In this document: positions 1 through 9,923 of the stretch, one piece after another
Position numbering within the stretch: the first letter of the stretch is position 1
How the letters are laid out: each line of letters begins with the position of its first letter
Source of the DNA: an uncultured Desulfatitalea sp.
GTDB lineage: Bacteria; Desulfobacterota; Desulfobacteria; Desulfobacterales; Desulfosarcinaceae
Assembly: GCA_963668675.2 (NCBI GenBank)
Contig: CAXXMB010000002.1
Span: 1,568,001-1,632,000 of the forward strand
Length of the DNA stretch: 64,000 nucleotides
Reading direction: 5' to 3'
Program-made: the position numbers and the translations under genes
Notes under the pieces: generated by a model
Seen by the model: the letters and a program-made list of their open reading frames with translations, nothing else
Database searches by the model: none
What the model was told of the DNA's origin: nothing

Positions 1-117
1 GCCCAACCCCACAAACACAATGGCGATGGCAATCATGATGCGGATGGCCCGCTTCCACCACCGCACCGAAGGCGACTTGCCGTTCTGATGAAATTGCTGT
101 TGTAAATTCTTAGTCAT
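1..117 (-). CDS. 5' end of a probable RND efflux periplasmic adaptor subunit (runs off the window)
   Basis: ATG at 117 overlaps the end of the upstream outer-membrane factor gene. Reads MTKNLQQQFHQNGKSPSVRWWKRAIRIMIAIAIVFVGLG (basic stretch plus TM anchor); product inferred from context. Confidence 0.55.
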   Translation of the reverse strand, partial: MTKNLQQQFHQNGKSPSVRWWKRAIRIMIAIAIVFVGLG

Positions 118-1621
118 GGGTTCCCGTTCCAGCTTCTTCTTTTTCAGGCGTACTTGCATCCAACTTTTTCATGTCGGGCATCTCCAGTGTATCGGGCCAG
201 CTGCCGCCTATCGCGCGGTAAAGGCCAACCCGGGCAGTAAGCAGGTTGGCCTGCTTGCGGATCAAGTCGCGCTCGAGGTTCTGGACCGAGAGCAGTTGGG
301 TCAACACCGGCAGATAGTCGTTCAATCCCTTGCGGTAGCGCACACCAGCCTCCTCCAGCGCTCTGCGGGCGGTTTGGGCAGCCTGCTGCAGCCGTTCGAT
401 GTGCTGCTGCTGTTTGGTCTCCTGTACGAGGGCGTCCTCCACCTCTTTGACAGCAGTGTAGACCGTATCCCGGTAGGCCGCCAGATTTTCATCGGCCACA
501 GCCCGGGTCCGATCCACTTCGGCGCGGCGGCTCCCGCCATCGATAATGGGAAGGGTCAGATTGGCCGCCAGGGTAAGGAGCCAGTTGTCGAAGAGGGCCT
601 CCAGGTCGCCGTCACCGTACTGCGCCCGGGCCGTCAAACTCAACGCCGGCAGGCGGTTGGCCCTTGCCTCGGCGATTTGCCAGTCGGCGGCCTGCAGCCG
701 CAAACCCGCAGCGACCACATCCGGTCGAGCCGCCAGCAGATCCGCAGGCAGGCCGGCGGGAGGCAGAGGCGTCGGCTCGGGCAAACGACCGCTGGTAATT
801 CGCAGGTCGGCCCGCGGCGGCTGGCCCATCAGCACCGCCAACTGGTGCATGAGCAGCTGCTCCTCCTGCTCGACAAGCGGTATCTCGGCCAGCACATTCT
901 CCACGAGCTGCTTCTGCTGGTAGACATCCAGGGCGGAGACCATTGCGTTACGAAAACGCAGCTCCACCAGCTCGAGCAGTGTTCGGTTGATGCGCAACTG
1001 CTCCTCGAGCAGCGCCTTCTGCATCCGTTGGGAGAGGATGCCGATCCAGCGGCGCGCGACTTCGGCGGTGATCGTCACGGCGGCCGCATTGAGATCCTGG
1101 CGCGACGCCTCGGCCTGCAGCAGCGCCGAGCGGTGACGGGCCCTCACTCGGCCCCACAGATCGATCTCATAGCGGCTCACCAATCCCAGCCGGGCATCTT
1201 CGAATTCGAAACTGCTGCCACCAATTGCCACCGAGCGCTGGCGCCCTTTGAGAAAATCGGCGCTGCCCGTCAAATCCGGGTAGCGCCCGGCGCCGGCCTG
1301 AACCGCCAGCGCCCGACTCTGGCGCAATCGCGCCCACGCCTCCTGGATGTTGAAGTTGCCGGTCAGCGCACGCTCCACAAGTCGATTCAACTCCGGGTCC
1401 CCAAAGCTCTCCCACCAGTGCAGATCCGGATCAACTTCACCCGAATAGAGGGAGAACCGCCCCGGAACCTCACCGCCCAGCGAGCGCGCCTCCGGCTTGA
1501 ACGGCTGGCAACCAGCAATGAAAGACAATCCAAGGCCAATAACGCTCAGCAGAATAAAATGCCACCCCGGTGAGCGATGAAAGCCGCAATTACAAATAGA
1601 TAAACACATGGGACGATTCAT
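110..1621 (-). CDS. Efflux transporter outer membrane factor lipoprotein (TolC/OprM/NodT family)
   Basis: Lipobox FIAGC, WWESFGDPELNRLVERAL, YEIDLWGR, PADLLAARPDV and LYRAIGG motifs. Confidence 0.93.
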   Translation of the reverse strand: MNRPMCLSICNCGFHRSPGWHFILLSVIGLGLSFIAGCQPFKPEARSLGGEVPGRFSLYSGEVDPDLHWWESFGDPELNRLVERALTGNFNIQEAWARLRQSRALAVQAGAGRYPDLTGSADFLKGRQRSVAIGGSSFEFEDARLGLVSRYEIDLWGRVRARHRSALLQAEASRQDLNAAAVTITAEVARRWIGILSQRMQKALLEEQLRINRTLLELVELRFRNAMVSALDVYQQKQLVENVLAEIPLVEQEEQLLMHQLAVLMGQPPRADLRITSGRLPEPTPLPPAGLPADLLAARPDVVAAGLRLQAADWQIAEARANRLPALSLTARAQYGDGDLEALFDNWLLTLAANLTLPIIDGGSRRAEVDRTRAVADENLAAYRDTVYTAVKEVEDALVQETKQQQHIERLQQAAQTARRALEEAGVRYRKGLNDYLPVLTQLLSVQNLERDLIRKQANLLTARVGLYRAIGGSWPDTLEMPDMKKLDASTPEKEEAGTGTHD

Positions 1622-1893
1622 CTTCCAACATGAATGAGGCTAATCTCCTGTCCGGCCCTGCGTCAGCGCCTCCAAAGGCTGCTGGCGGCAATCGTTGCCG
1701 GTTCAACAACATAACCATCATATCCGATTCCGAAAGAGAGCGGCAGCCATCCGTCACTGGGGGCTGCCGCCGGATCTTTCCTCCCGGCATATAATGGGGA
1801 TCGGGAACAAAATCAGTACAATCTGTATCCCTATTCAATGAAATTATCAAACATCAATGAATAGGGAAGAGGGGTGGCGCAATGGGCGGGGCG

Positions 1894-4800
1894 TCAGACC
1901 ACAGAGGCACGCTCTTGAGGACCCTGCGCGTTTCGGTCCGAAAACGGAATGCCGTCGAGCACCCCCCGGACGGTCCTGGCCAGTTCCTGTATCGCCAGGG
2001 GTTTCATTGCCAGTGCCTTCACACCTGCATTGGCAATGGTGCCATCGGACAACTTCTTGCTGTATCCGGTGCACAGAATGATGGGGATGTCGGCACGGAT
2101 AGCAACAAGCTCGGCAGCCAGCTTGTCACCACTCAGGTCAGGCATTGTCATGTCGGTAATGACGAGGTCAAACCCATCAGGGGTGGCGCGAAAAAGATCC
2201 AGCGCGGCCAGGCTGCTGTTCCGGGCAGTGACCCGATAGCCCATTTGCTCCAGAATCGTGCAACCCACCTCGGTCACGGACGGCTCGTCATCCACGTAGA
2301 GAATACGCTCACAGCCGGGGGGCTGCTTCTCGGATGGTTCCGTTGCCACCTCTTCAACCGGTTGGATGGCCGGAAGATAGATGGTAAAACAGGTTCCCTT
2401 GCCCAGTTCACTTTCGACGGTGATCGCACCGCCATAACTCTCTACGATACCGTGCACCACTGACAACCCCAAACCGGTGCCCTCTCCAACCGGCTTGGTG
2501 GTAAAATAGGGCTCAAAAATCATCGGCAGCAAGTCACCGCCGATGCCTTTGCCGCTGTCTCGGACCGATATCTTTAAATATTGACCTGGTTTAACATCCC
2601 GGTTCGTTTCTGCCTCCTGGTCTGGAATGGCCACATCACAGAGACCAACCTCCAAATGGCCCCCGTCCTCCTCCATGGCTTGGGCCGCATTGGTACACAA
2701 ATTCATGAAGATCTGGTGGATCTGGGTCAGGTCGGCCATGACCAAGGCGTCGCTTCGGACATCGGTCTCTATTCTAATGGTCGATGGGATGGTGGATCGC
2801 ATTAGCTTTAGCACCTCTTTGGCGACCGAACTCACCTTGACCGGCTTCAGCTCTTCTTCTACTTGCCGGGCAAAGGTCAATATCTGATTGACCAGGTCCT
2901 TGGCGCGGATGCCTGCTTTGAGAACGCCTTTCAAATACTTCTCAGCGGCAACGCCCGGAACGACATCGGTCAGGGCCAGCTCCGTATACCCAATCACCGC
3001 CGAAAGGATATTGTTGAAGTCATGGGCAATGCCGCCGGCCAGGGTGCCGATGGCTTCCATTTTCTGGGCCTGCTGCAGGCGCGTTTCCATTGCCTTCTGC
3101 TCACTGAGATCGATAATAAGGCCACGCAGCCCTACCACGCGGTGTCCGTCGATGATCGGATTGGAATGGATGAGGATCGGAAATGGAGTGCCGTCCTTTC
3201 GCAGCGCCCTGTACTCTTTCGGATCTGATCTTTTACCGCTCATCAAAATGGCATTCGTCTCGAACGCGTCGTCACGATCTTCCGGGCTGATCATCTCCAA
3301 TGCATTGAGACCGCGTTCAAAATCCTCGTGACCATAGCCGAACTGCTCGAAGGCGATCTTATTCACAAACGTCAACATGCCTTTGCCATCGGTTTCGAAA
3401 ATCGTTTGGGGCAGAAAATCGGCCAGTTGCCGGAACCGTTTTTCACTGGTGCGCACAGCTTCTTCGATGCGTCTTTGCTCAGTGACGTCCTCTCCCGAAC
3501 TCAGTCGGGCAAGGATTTCACCGTTGTCGTCCCGGATGGCCACATGGTGCCAGGCCACCAAACGCTCTTCACCGGTGGCTGTCACTACCGGCTTTTCGTA
3601 ATATTCGTCAAATCCCTCTTTGCTTCTGAATGCCTCGCAAAATCGTGCTTTCATCTCGCCCCTGAATCGTTCGGGCAGAAATTCATCGAACCATCGTTTG
3701 CCAATAATCTCACCCTCGGAGAGCCCTAAGATGCTGCACCCCTTCTTGTTGATGAGGGTGACCTCCTGGTTCCTGTTGAGAACAAGCAGGATCACCTCGG
3801 CCACATCCAAATATTGTTGGGCACTGTCCCGCTCTTCGCGAAGCGCCTCTTCCATGGCTTTGCGTTCGGTAATGTCCCGGGCGATGCCGTATACGGCATG
3901 GTCGTCGAGCGGCACCGCCGCCAGATCGATGATGCGTTCGGCGCCGTCGGGGCAGTGAAAAACGACCTCCCCAATCTCCACAGGACCGTCGAGGTCTCCC
4001 AACTTCTCGATGCGTCTTTGGGCGTGGTGGGGCGTGATTTCACGGGTCGTCAAACCTCGAAGCGCTTCAAGCGTTCTATCGACCAGACGCAGGGCCGCAT
4101 CATTGGCATCCAGAAAGTGTCCCGTTCGTTTGTCCACCACAAAAACGGCATCGGTGGTTCGTTCGAAAAGGCGTCTAAATTTGGATTCGCTTCTGACCAA
4201 TGATCGCCTGGCGGCTTCACGCGCCAGCAGCATGTTGTTGGCGGAACTCGCCAAGCGCTTGAATTCGCCCCACTGCATCATCTGCTGGTCGATGGATTCC
4301 GATGTTTCAACCGCTCTCTCTAGTGCGGAAGAGAAGGCGTCGAACTGCAAACGGGTCTTGAGCGCCATGCGCGTGAAAAGAAAAACACAGAAGAGGACCA
4401 AACCGGCCAGTATGATCAGGATTTTTATAATATGCCCCTTGATTTGCAACCACATCTGATCCCGTTGACGATCGATGGCCGCATCGATCTTGTCCATATT
4501 GATACCGGACCCAATGTACCACTCCCACTCGGGGATACCGACCACATAGCTGATCTTGGGTATCTGTTCCCACCCCTCGAACTGGGGTAATACATAACTT
4601 AAATATCCGCCCCCCTTTTTTGCCAAAGCGATCAGTTCGCGCACAACGGCAATGCCGTTGGCATCGGTGATGCCAATCATATTTTGGCCTATCTCGGGAC
4701 CGGAAAGACTCACCCCCTGGTATGTGCCTGCAAAGATGTAACCATCCTTTCCGATGGTCACGCTTTCGATGCGCGCCAGAACCTCCTTCTGAATATCGGC

Positions 4801-5484
4801 CGTGACATCTTCCAGATAAGCTCCGGTCCCGATCAACCAACCGAACGGCTCAAACCGTTTCACGAAGGCAATTTTGGGATGCGCATTGCCTCCGACGCCT
4901 GGCTTGGTCCAATGGTAGGTATAAAACCCCTCTCCCTTGTCAGAGACGAGGTCGATCATATCCCGTACGACATTTTCACCCCGGCCACCTTGAAGAGCGA
5001 GCATGTTTTTACCCTCCAGCTCCGGACGGTCGGCAAAAAGACGCTCTACTCCATCGAAATCGGTTGCAAAATAGTAGCCGCGGCCCGAATTAAAGCGAAT
5101 TGGCCGCAAAGCGTCTTTGACAAGCGCCTCCAATGGGTCCTTGGGCATCTGATGGCGATAGCGAAGATATAAATTAGATGCGATGGCATGCGCCTCATAG
5201 ACCCTTGCTTTGATGGCGCTTCTCAGCCGATCTTCGGTCTGGGCCATCATGTAGTTCAAATAGCTGACGGTGGATTCCACCTCGAGTTTAAGCAGCGCCT
5301 TTCTATCCTCGACGAAGCGCTCCCTCATCTCGGTGCTGGTCACCCGGAACGAATCGACTTCGCTGTAAATCCATACCGCCCCGATCACAAGAATAGAGGT
5401 GACGGAAATGCCGATCAGATACGACAGCAAAGTGCGGCTGAGGTTCGGCTTGGGTAGTTTGTTGGTTTTTATGATGTCTGCCAC
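1894..5484 (-). CDS. Hybrid sensor histidine kinase (two Cache domains, three PAS, HisKA, HATPase, receiver)
   Basis: Periplasmic Cache repeats, H-box AGGIAHDFNNIL, PYFTTK/GTGLGL, receiver YVDDE...TDMTMP. Confidence 0.95.
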   Translation of the reverse strand: MADIIKTNKLPKPNLSRTLLSYLIGISVTSILVIGAVWIYSEVDSFRVTSTEMRERFVEDRKALLKLEVESTVSYLNYMMAQTEDRLRSAIKARVYEAHAIASNLYLRYRHQMPKDPLEALVKDALRPIRFNSGRGYYFATDFDGVERLFADRPELEGKNMLALQGGRGENVVRDMIDLVSDKGEGFYTYHWTKPGVGGNAHPKIAFVKRFEPFGWLIGTGAYLEDVTADIQKEVLARIESVTIGKDGYIFAGTYQGVSLSGPEIGQNMIGITDANGIAVVRELIALAKKGGGYLSYVLPQFEGWEQIPKISYVVGIPEWEWYIGSGINMDKIDAAIDRQRDQMWLQIKGHIIKILIILAGLVLFCVFLFTRMALKTRLQFDAFSSALERAVETSESIDQQMMQWGEFKRLASSANNMLLAREAARRSLVRSESKFRRLFERTTDAVFVVDKRTGHFLDANDAALRLVDRTLEALRGLTTREITPHHAQRRIEKLGDLDGPVEIGEVVFHCPDGAERIIDLAAVPLDDHAVYGIARDITERKAMEEALREERDSAQQYLDVAEVILLVLNRNQEVTLINKKGCSILGLSEGEIIGKRWFDEFLPERFRGEMKARFCEAFRSKEGFDEYYEKPVVTATGEERLVAWHHVAIRDDNGEILARLSSGEDVTEQRRIEEAVRTSEKRFRQLADFLPQTIFETDGKGMLTFVNKIAFEQFGYGHEDFERGLNALEMISPEDRDDAFETNAILMSGKRSDPKEYRALRKDGTPFPILIHSNPIIDGHRVVGLRGLIIDLSEQKAMETRLQQAQKMEAIGTLAGGIAHDFNNILSAVIGYTELALTDVVPGVAAEKYLKGVLKAGIRAKDLVNQILTFARQVEEELKPVKVSSVAKEVLKLMRSTIPSTIRIETDVRSDALVMADLTQIHQIFMNLCTNAAQAMEEDGGHLEVGLCDVAIPDQEAETNRDVKPGQYLKISVRDSGKGIGGDLLPMIFEPYFTTKPVGEGTGLGLSVVHGIVESYGGAITVESELGKGTCFTIYLPAIQPVEEVATEPSEKQPPGCERILYVDDEPSVTEVGCTILEQMGYRVTARNSSLAALDLFRATPDGFDLVITDMTMPDLSGDKLAAELVAIRADIPIILCTGYSKKLSDGTIANAGVKALAMKPLAIQELARTVRGVLDGIPFSDRNAQGPQERASVV

Positions 5485-5732
5485 TGTTTATCATCCTATA
5501 TATGAATAGCTCTAGTTTCGGCCCTTCAGCTCCGAAAATTGAGCACAATTTGTGGGCTGCAGCCGGCTTGATTCCCAACCGACCCGTTTTAATGCAGATC
5601 CGCACCGACGGCCCCCCGCGCATCCGACCCCCTTTTCCTGTTGCATTGATTATGGTAATTGCAATTTGATGCGCTTCAATCGATGATATGGGAAAAAGGT
5701 CCGAATCCAAGCCATGGAAGGAAATATCACCA

Positions 5733-6971
5733 ATGAGAATTCACATATCGACGATCATTGGCACAGCCGTGTTCGCAGTGCTTCTGACCGCCACTGCCTG
5801 TTTTGCAGCAACGGTAACCTTTCCTTCAGGAGAGAAGGTGAATATTTCCGTGGCGCAGCTCAACCTGCTCAAACGGCAACAGGGCCTCTATTACGTGGGT
5901 TATCCCCAGAAAGAGCTCATCCCCAAGAAAACCACCGAGCGCGTCGTGGTCGAAGTGCCAGATGAGCTGGGCGGGGGCTTCCTGATCGGCTTTCCCAAAG
6001 ACTTCCAGAAGGGGTTTGATGCGATAAAGGCATCCGGGGCCTCCGTCATTGAAGAAGAACCTTCCGGGCAGGCTCCACCCAGTCACGCCATCAGACCGGA
6101 AACCAACCCACCGGTTCGGTTCGAATTCGGATTGGACGGCAGTTATCGGATCGATCGGTTGAAATGGAATATCGCCGGCAACAGTTCCGGCAGCAATCCG
6201 AACATCCTGTCGGAGCTGACCTGGACGGATCTTCGCATGTTTCAGCTCGAACTGAGCAACACGACCATTATCAAAAAGAGGGTCTATTTGAGGGGATACG
6301 TGGGCTATGGCGAGATCTACTCGGGAGACAACCAGGACTCCGACTATGCCGGCGACGACCGCACCATAGAGTTCTCCCGATCGAACAACAGCACCGACGA
6401 CGGAGATGCCCTGGATGGCTCGATCGCAGCAGGCTATCGTTTCACCTTCGGCAGCGACCGCTTTGAATTGATCCCCCTCATCGGATACTCCTATCACGAG
6501 CTGAATCTCAATATTACCGACGGTTACCAGACGATACCGGCGACGGGGAGTTTCCCGGGGCTGGACAGCACCTACGACACCCGGTGGCACGGCCCATGGA
6601 CAGGTATCGATTTCAAGGTCAACACCCGGCCGCGGAATTCCTTCATTAGAAAAGGCACCTTTTTCACGACACTCGAAGTGCACTATGCGGATTACTATGC
6701 CGAAGCGGACTGGAACCTGCGCACCGATCTGGCCCATCCGAGAAGCTTCGAGCATGATGCGGAAGCCTTTGGCATCCTGTTCAAGATCGGCGGCAAGCTA
6801 TACTTCGCAACACACTGGGCCCTGAACTTCAGCTACGACTACGCTTACTGGGAGACCGGCGAAGGCACCGACCGCGTCTTTGCGGCCGACGGCAGCACAG
6901 GTGCCACCCAGCTGAACAAAGTGATATGGCAATCCCATGTGCTCTCGCTGGGGATCGTCTATCAGTTCTAA
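5733..6971 (+). CDS. Outer membrane beta-barrel protein (omptin-like / Protochlamydia OMP-like)
   Basis: Signal peptide, PNILSELTW and DNQDSDY motifs, alternating beta-strands, C-terminal aromatic residue (VYQF). Confidence 0.7.
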   Translation: MRIHISTIIGTAVFAVLLTATACFAATVTFPSGEKVNISVAQLNLLKRQQGLYYVGYPQKELIPKKTTERVVVEVPDELGGGFLIGFPKDFQKGFDAIKASGASVIEEEPSGQAPPSHAIRPETNPPVRFEFGLDGSYRIDRLKWNIAGNSSGSNPNILSELTWTDLRMFQLELSNTTIIKKRVYLRGYVGYGEIYSGDNQDSDYAGDDRTIEFSRSNNSTDDGDALDGSIAAGYRFTFGSDRFELIPLIGYSYHELNLNITDGYQTIPATGSFPGLDSTYDTRWHGPWTGIDFKVNTRPRNSFIRKGTFFTTLEVHYADYYAEADWNLRTDLAHPRSFEHDAEAFGILFKIGGKLYFATHWALNFSYDYAYWETGEGTDRVFAADGSTGATQLNKVIWQSHVLSLGIVYQF

Positions 6972-6976
6972 TGGCT

Positions 6977-7741
6977 TCAGCTTTTTGCGTCACGCTTTTC
7001 AGGCAGTGATAGTCCGTCGCCTAAATACGCTTCCATCGTCCAAAGCGGGCGGATCTCCTTACCACCATTTCCCGGCCAGGGCCAGCCGGCCGGCATGGGC
7101 GATTCAAAACGCATCTCGGTTTTGAGGGTTGGATGGGAAAAGCAGAGGTGCTGGGCCATCAACGCGATACGGCCGTCCGCCATTGCCTGTTTCGCACCGT
7201 ATAGGCGATCTCCGAGGATGGGGCAACCGATAGCGGCCAGCTGCAGGCGAATCTGGTGCCGTCGCCCGGTCTCCAGGCGGATGGAAAGCAAACTCGTTTC
7301 GTCGCCGCAGGCCACCAGGCGGTAGGAGAGCCTGGCCTCCTGGCTGCCTTGGGTGCCGGATGAAACCAACCGGCTCGCATGCCCATGCCGCACCAGGTGA
7401 TGCACCAAGCGGGCGGCCTCCCTGGGGGGTCTTCCCTGCACGACAGCCAGATAGACCTTCTCCACCGTGCCCTGCCGGAACTGCTCGCTCAGACGGGCGG
7501 CCGCCTTGGAGGTGCGCGCCAGCACCACTACGCCGGCCACTGGCGCGTCCAGCCGGTGCACAATACCCGCGAACACCCGGCCCGGCTTGTTGTAACGCGC
7601 CTTCAACCACGCTTTGGCCAGCTCGTCCATACTCGGTCGGCCCTGCCGGTCGCGTTGCATAATCAGACCGGCTGGTTTATAAGGCACCAGCAGATGATTG
7701 TCCTCATAAAAGACGGGCCAACGCGGATGAAAAAAGATCAT
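6977..7741 (-). CDS. RluA-family pseudouridine synthase
   Basis: YEDNHLLV..KPAG, catalytic HRLD, TGRRHQIR and PILGDRLYG motifs. Start placed at ATG 7741 (ORF track starts at 7945). Confidence 0.92.
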   Translation of the reverse strand: MIFFHPRWPVFYEDNHLLVPYKPAGLIMQRDRQGRPSMDELAKAWLKARYNKPGRVFAGIVHRLDAPVAGVVVLARTSKAAARLSEQFRQGTVEKVYLAVVQGRPPREAARLVHHLVRHGHASRLVSSGTQGSQEARLSYRLVACGDETSLLSIRLETGRRHQIRLQLAAIGCPILGDRLYGAKQAMADGRIALMAQHLCFSHPTLKTEMRFESPMPAGWPWPGNGGKEIRPLWTMEAYLGDGLSLPEKRDAKS

Positions 7742-9247
7742 GGCACAAAATCCCCTCGACAGAAGCAAAACCGGTACGGCCAGCGCCCGTCCCGCCGGGT
7801 GGAGACCGCTCCCAGCCCAGATTCCCTGGCCGCCATCTTCAGCGATTGCGGCATCGCGCTGAACCGCCAGCAGATCGACCAACTCTGGCTCTATCATGGC
7901 TTGCTGCGCCACCACAACACCGAGTTGAACCTGACCCGGATCCACAATTTCGCCAATATGGTGCTCAAACTCTACGTCGATTCAGCCCTGCCCGCCCAAC
8001 TGACCGAACTGCCTTCTCCGCTCATGGACTTGGGAAGCGGCCCGGGCATGCCGGGCATCCCGCTCAAGATCATGCGCCCGGAGCTGACGATCCGTCTGGC
8101 CGAAGGGCGCGGAAAACGCACCGCCTTCCTGCACGAAGTGGTTGAACGCCTGAAACTGGACGGCATCGACATTATCGAAAGGGCCATCACCCCAACCTTT
8201 GACGAGCCGGTCAACGGCGTCATCACCCGGGCGGTGGAGACCATCGACCAGACGCTGGCGCGCATCGACAGCTGCCTCAATCAAAAGGGGCGCGTCATCT
8301 TCATGAAGGGGCCGGGCTGCGACCCGGAGATCGAAACCGCGCTGCAGCAATTCGGAGAGCGCTTCGCCCTGATCGAAAACCGCGGATACCACATCGGCCG
8401 AACGCGGCACGAGCGCCGCCTGGTCGTCTTCGAGCGGCTCGACGCTCCGCCCAGGGCCACGGCCGACGCAGCTGCACGGCGCCACACCGTTCAGGACGTC
8501 ACCAGTGAGCAAAACAGCCGATTCAAGGCACTGAAAAAGCTGCTAAGTGGCCGCGGCATCAAAAAGGCGGGGCAGGCCCTGCTGGCCGGCAGCAGACCGG
8601 TGGCCGAAATGATGACCGCTCTGCCGGAACGCTGCATGGCCTGGATCACCAGCGGCTACCACCACCCGCCCCCCGACGATGCGCCGGCGAAGATGCAGTG
8701 GCTTCAGCTCTCCGAGCCCCTCTTCCGGATGCTCGACATCTTCGGCACGCGCAGCCCCCTGCTGCTGATCGCCGTCGCTGATATCGCCCCCTGGGCGCCC
8801 GGAGAGGAATTTCCCGAAGGGTGCAGCCTGATTGTGCCGTTCCAGGACCCGGAGAACATCGGTACCGTCATCCGCTCGGCCGCCGCCTTCGACGTCAACC
8901 AGGTGATCCTGCTGGCCGAAAGCGCCCACCCCTATCATCCCAAAGCGCTGCGGGCCGCCGGTGGCGTGACGCCTAAGATCCGGCTTCGTCAGGGGCCATC
9001 AATCAAGGAATTGCCGGCCGACCTGCCGCTCATCACCCTCTCCGCCGAGGGTAGAGATATTGCAACCGCAGACTTTCCGGAAAGCTTTGGATTGCTGGCC
9101 GGCATGGAGGGAGAGGGGCTGCCGCCCCAATGGCGGGACCAGTCGGTCCGCATCCCCATAGCAGACGGGGTGGAATCGCTCAACGCAGCCACGGCAACGG
9201 CCATAGCGCTTTACGAATGGCGAAAAAGACTGAAGACTGAAGGCTGA
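7727..9247 (+). CDS. rsmG: 16S rRNA m7G527 methyltransferase RsmG fused to a C-terminal TrmH/SpoU (SPOUT) RNA methyltransferase
   Basis: N-half has NLTRI, DLGSGPGMPG, ITRAV and MKG. C-half has QDPENIGTVIRS, GMEGEG and ESLNAATA. Start uncertain (7727 or GTG 7799). Confidence 0.9.
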   Translation: MKKDHGTKSPRQKQNRYGQRPSRRVETAPSPDSLAAIFSDCGIALNRQQIDQLWLYHGLLRHHNTELNLTRIHNFANMVLKLYVDSALPAQLTELPSPLMDLGSGPGMPGIPLKIMRPELTIRLAEGRGKRTAFLHEVVERLKLDGIDIIERAITPTFDEPVNGVITRAVETIDQTLARIDSCLNQKGRVIFMKGPGCDPEIETALQQFGERFALIENRGYHIGRTRHERRLVVFERLDAPPRATADAAARRHTVQDVTSEQNSRFKALKKLLSGRGIKKAGQALLAGSRPVAEMMTALPERCMAWITSGYHHPPPDDAPAKMQWLQLSEPLFRMLDIFGTRSPLLLIAVADIAPWAPGEEFPEGCSLIVPFQDPENIGTVIRSAAAFDVNQVILLAESAHPYHPKALRAAGGVTPKIRLRQGPSIKELPADLPLITLSAEGRDIATADFPESFGLLAGMEGEGLPPQWRDQSVRIPIADGVESLNAATATAIALYEWRKRLKTEG

Positions 9248-9256
9248 AGGCTGAAG
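9229..9256 (+). repeat. Tandem heptamer repeat (RCTGAAG) x4
   Basis: actgaag actgaag gctgaag gctgaag, spanning the stop codon of the rsmG fusion. Confidence 0.85.
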
Positions 9257-9315
9257 GGAAAGTACTACCGCGGCAAACAAAAGGAAACAAACATAAGCAC
9301 CACCAACCGTTAAGC

Positions 9316-9440
9316 TCCCCCCTTTCCCAAAGGGGGGCCGGGGGGGATTCATCCAAAGCACCGACAATAGTCAGCACCTACCGGACCTCGTCAAAGCAAA
9401 CAAGAATCCCCCTGAATCCCCCTTTGAAAAAGAGGGACTT
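9316..9440. repeat. Inverted pair of CCCCCTTT-N-AAAGGGGG REP-like palindromes
   Basis: tcccccctttcccaaaggggggccgggggg at 9316, and an inverted copy aatccccctgaatccccctttgaaaaagagggact at 9405. Lies between convergent genes. Confidence 0.8.
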
Positions 9441-9456
9441 TTATGATTTAAACCCG

Positions 9457-9900
9457 CTACTGCCCTTTAACCCACAACCGCCGCATCTCATCGACCCGCT
9501 TACGGTTGACGCCGAAATCCGAATGGCCGACCCTTGCGGCCGACCGAAGATGGATTACATTCTCGTCAGTATCGAAGTAAAACTCCAGATCATCCACGAA
9601 GCGAAAAATCAGGGAGCGGCACTCGGCATGGACATAGCGCTCCGCAACAGCGACAACTTCGATTCGCTTCATCTTCAAAAGCATTTCCACCAGTCGGTCA
9701 CGCTCCGCTGGCCAATCGCCGTCATAAGCGAACGGCTCGACGGCATACGTCTCTCTCTTATCCATGGAGGAGACGCAGTTGGGGGTGTCGGGGCATGGCT
9801 TCAACGGGCCGGGCGTGAAACCCGTGGGGTTGGCGGCACAGCCCATCAACAACGGTAAAAAGCAGCCGATGGTGCAACAGACAGCGAGGCCCTTTCGCAT
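9457..9900 (-). CDS. DUF1499 family lipoprotein
   Basis: LMGC lipobox, LKPCPDTPNCVSS, FVDDLEF and RSAARVGHSDFGVNRKR motifs; GGAGGAGG RBS. Confidence 0.88.
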   Translation of the reverse strand: MRKGLAVCCTIGCFLPLLMGCAANPTGFTPGPLKPCPDTPNCVSSMDKRETYAVEPFAYDGDWPAERDRLVEMLLKMKRIEVVAVAERYVHAECRSLIFRFVDDLEFYFDTDENVIHLRSAARVGHSDFGVNRKRVDEMRRLWVKGQ

Positions 9901-9923
9901 CTGATCCTCCTCCTGCACGCAGT

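Noticed and set aside
116..1573. Long antisense ORFs (for example 116-1573, 14269-15303, 16892-18013, 44145-45200)
   Set aside because: Shadows of GC-rich genes on the opposite strand, with no recognisable motifs.
110..1621. This TolC-family protein as the exit duct for the RiPP exporter
   Set aside because: It is more than 50 kb away and is coupled to its own efflux operon.
1828..1867. Inverted repeat tccctattca/tgaataggga as a terminator or sRNA
   Set aside because: 20-nt loop and no U-tract; function unsupported.
9229..9440. CRISPR array
   Set aside because: Repeats are short tandem or inverted units without regular spacers, and no cas genes are present.
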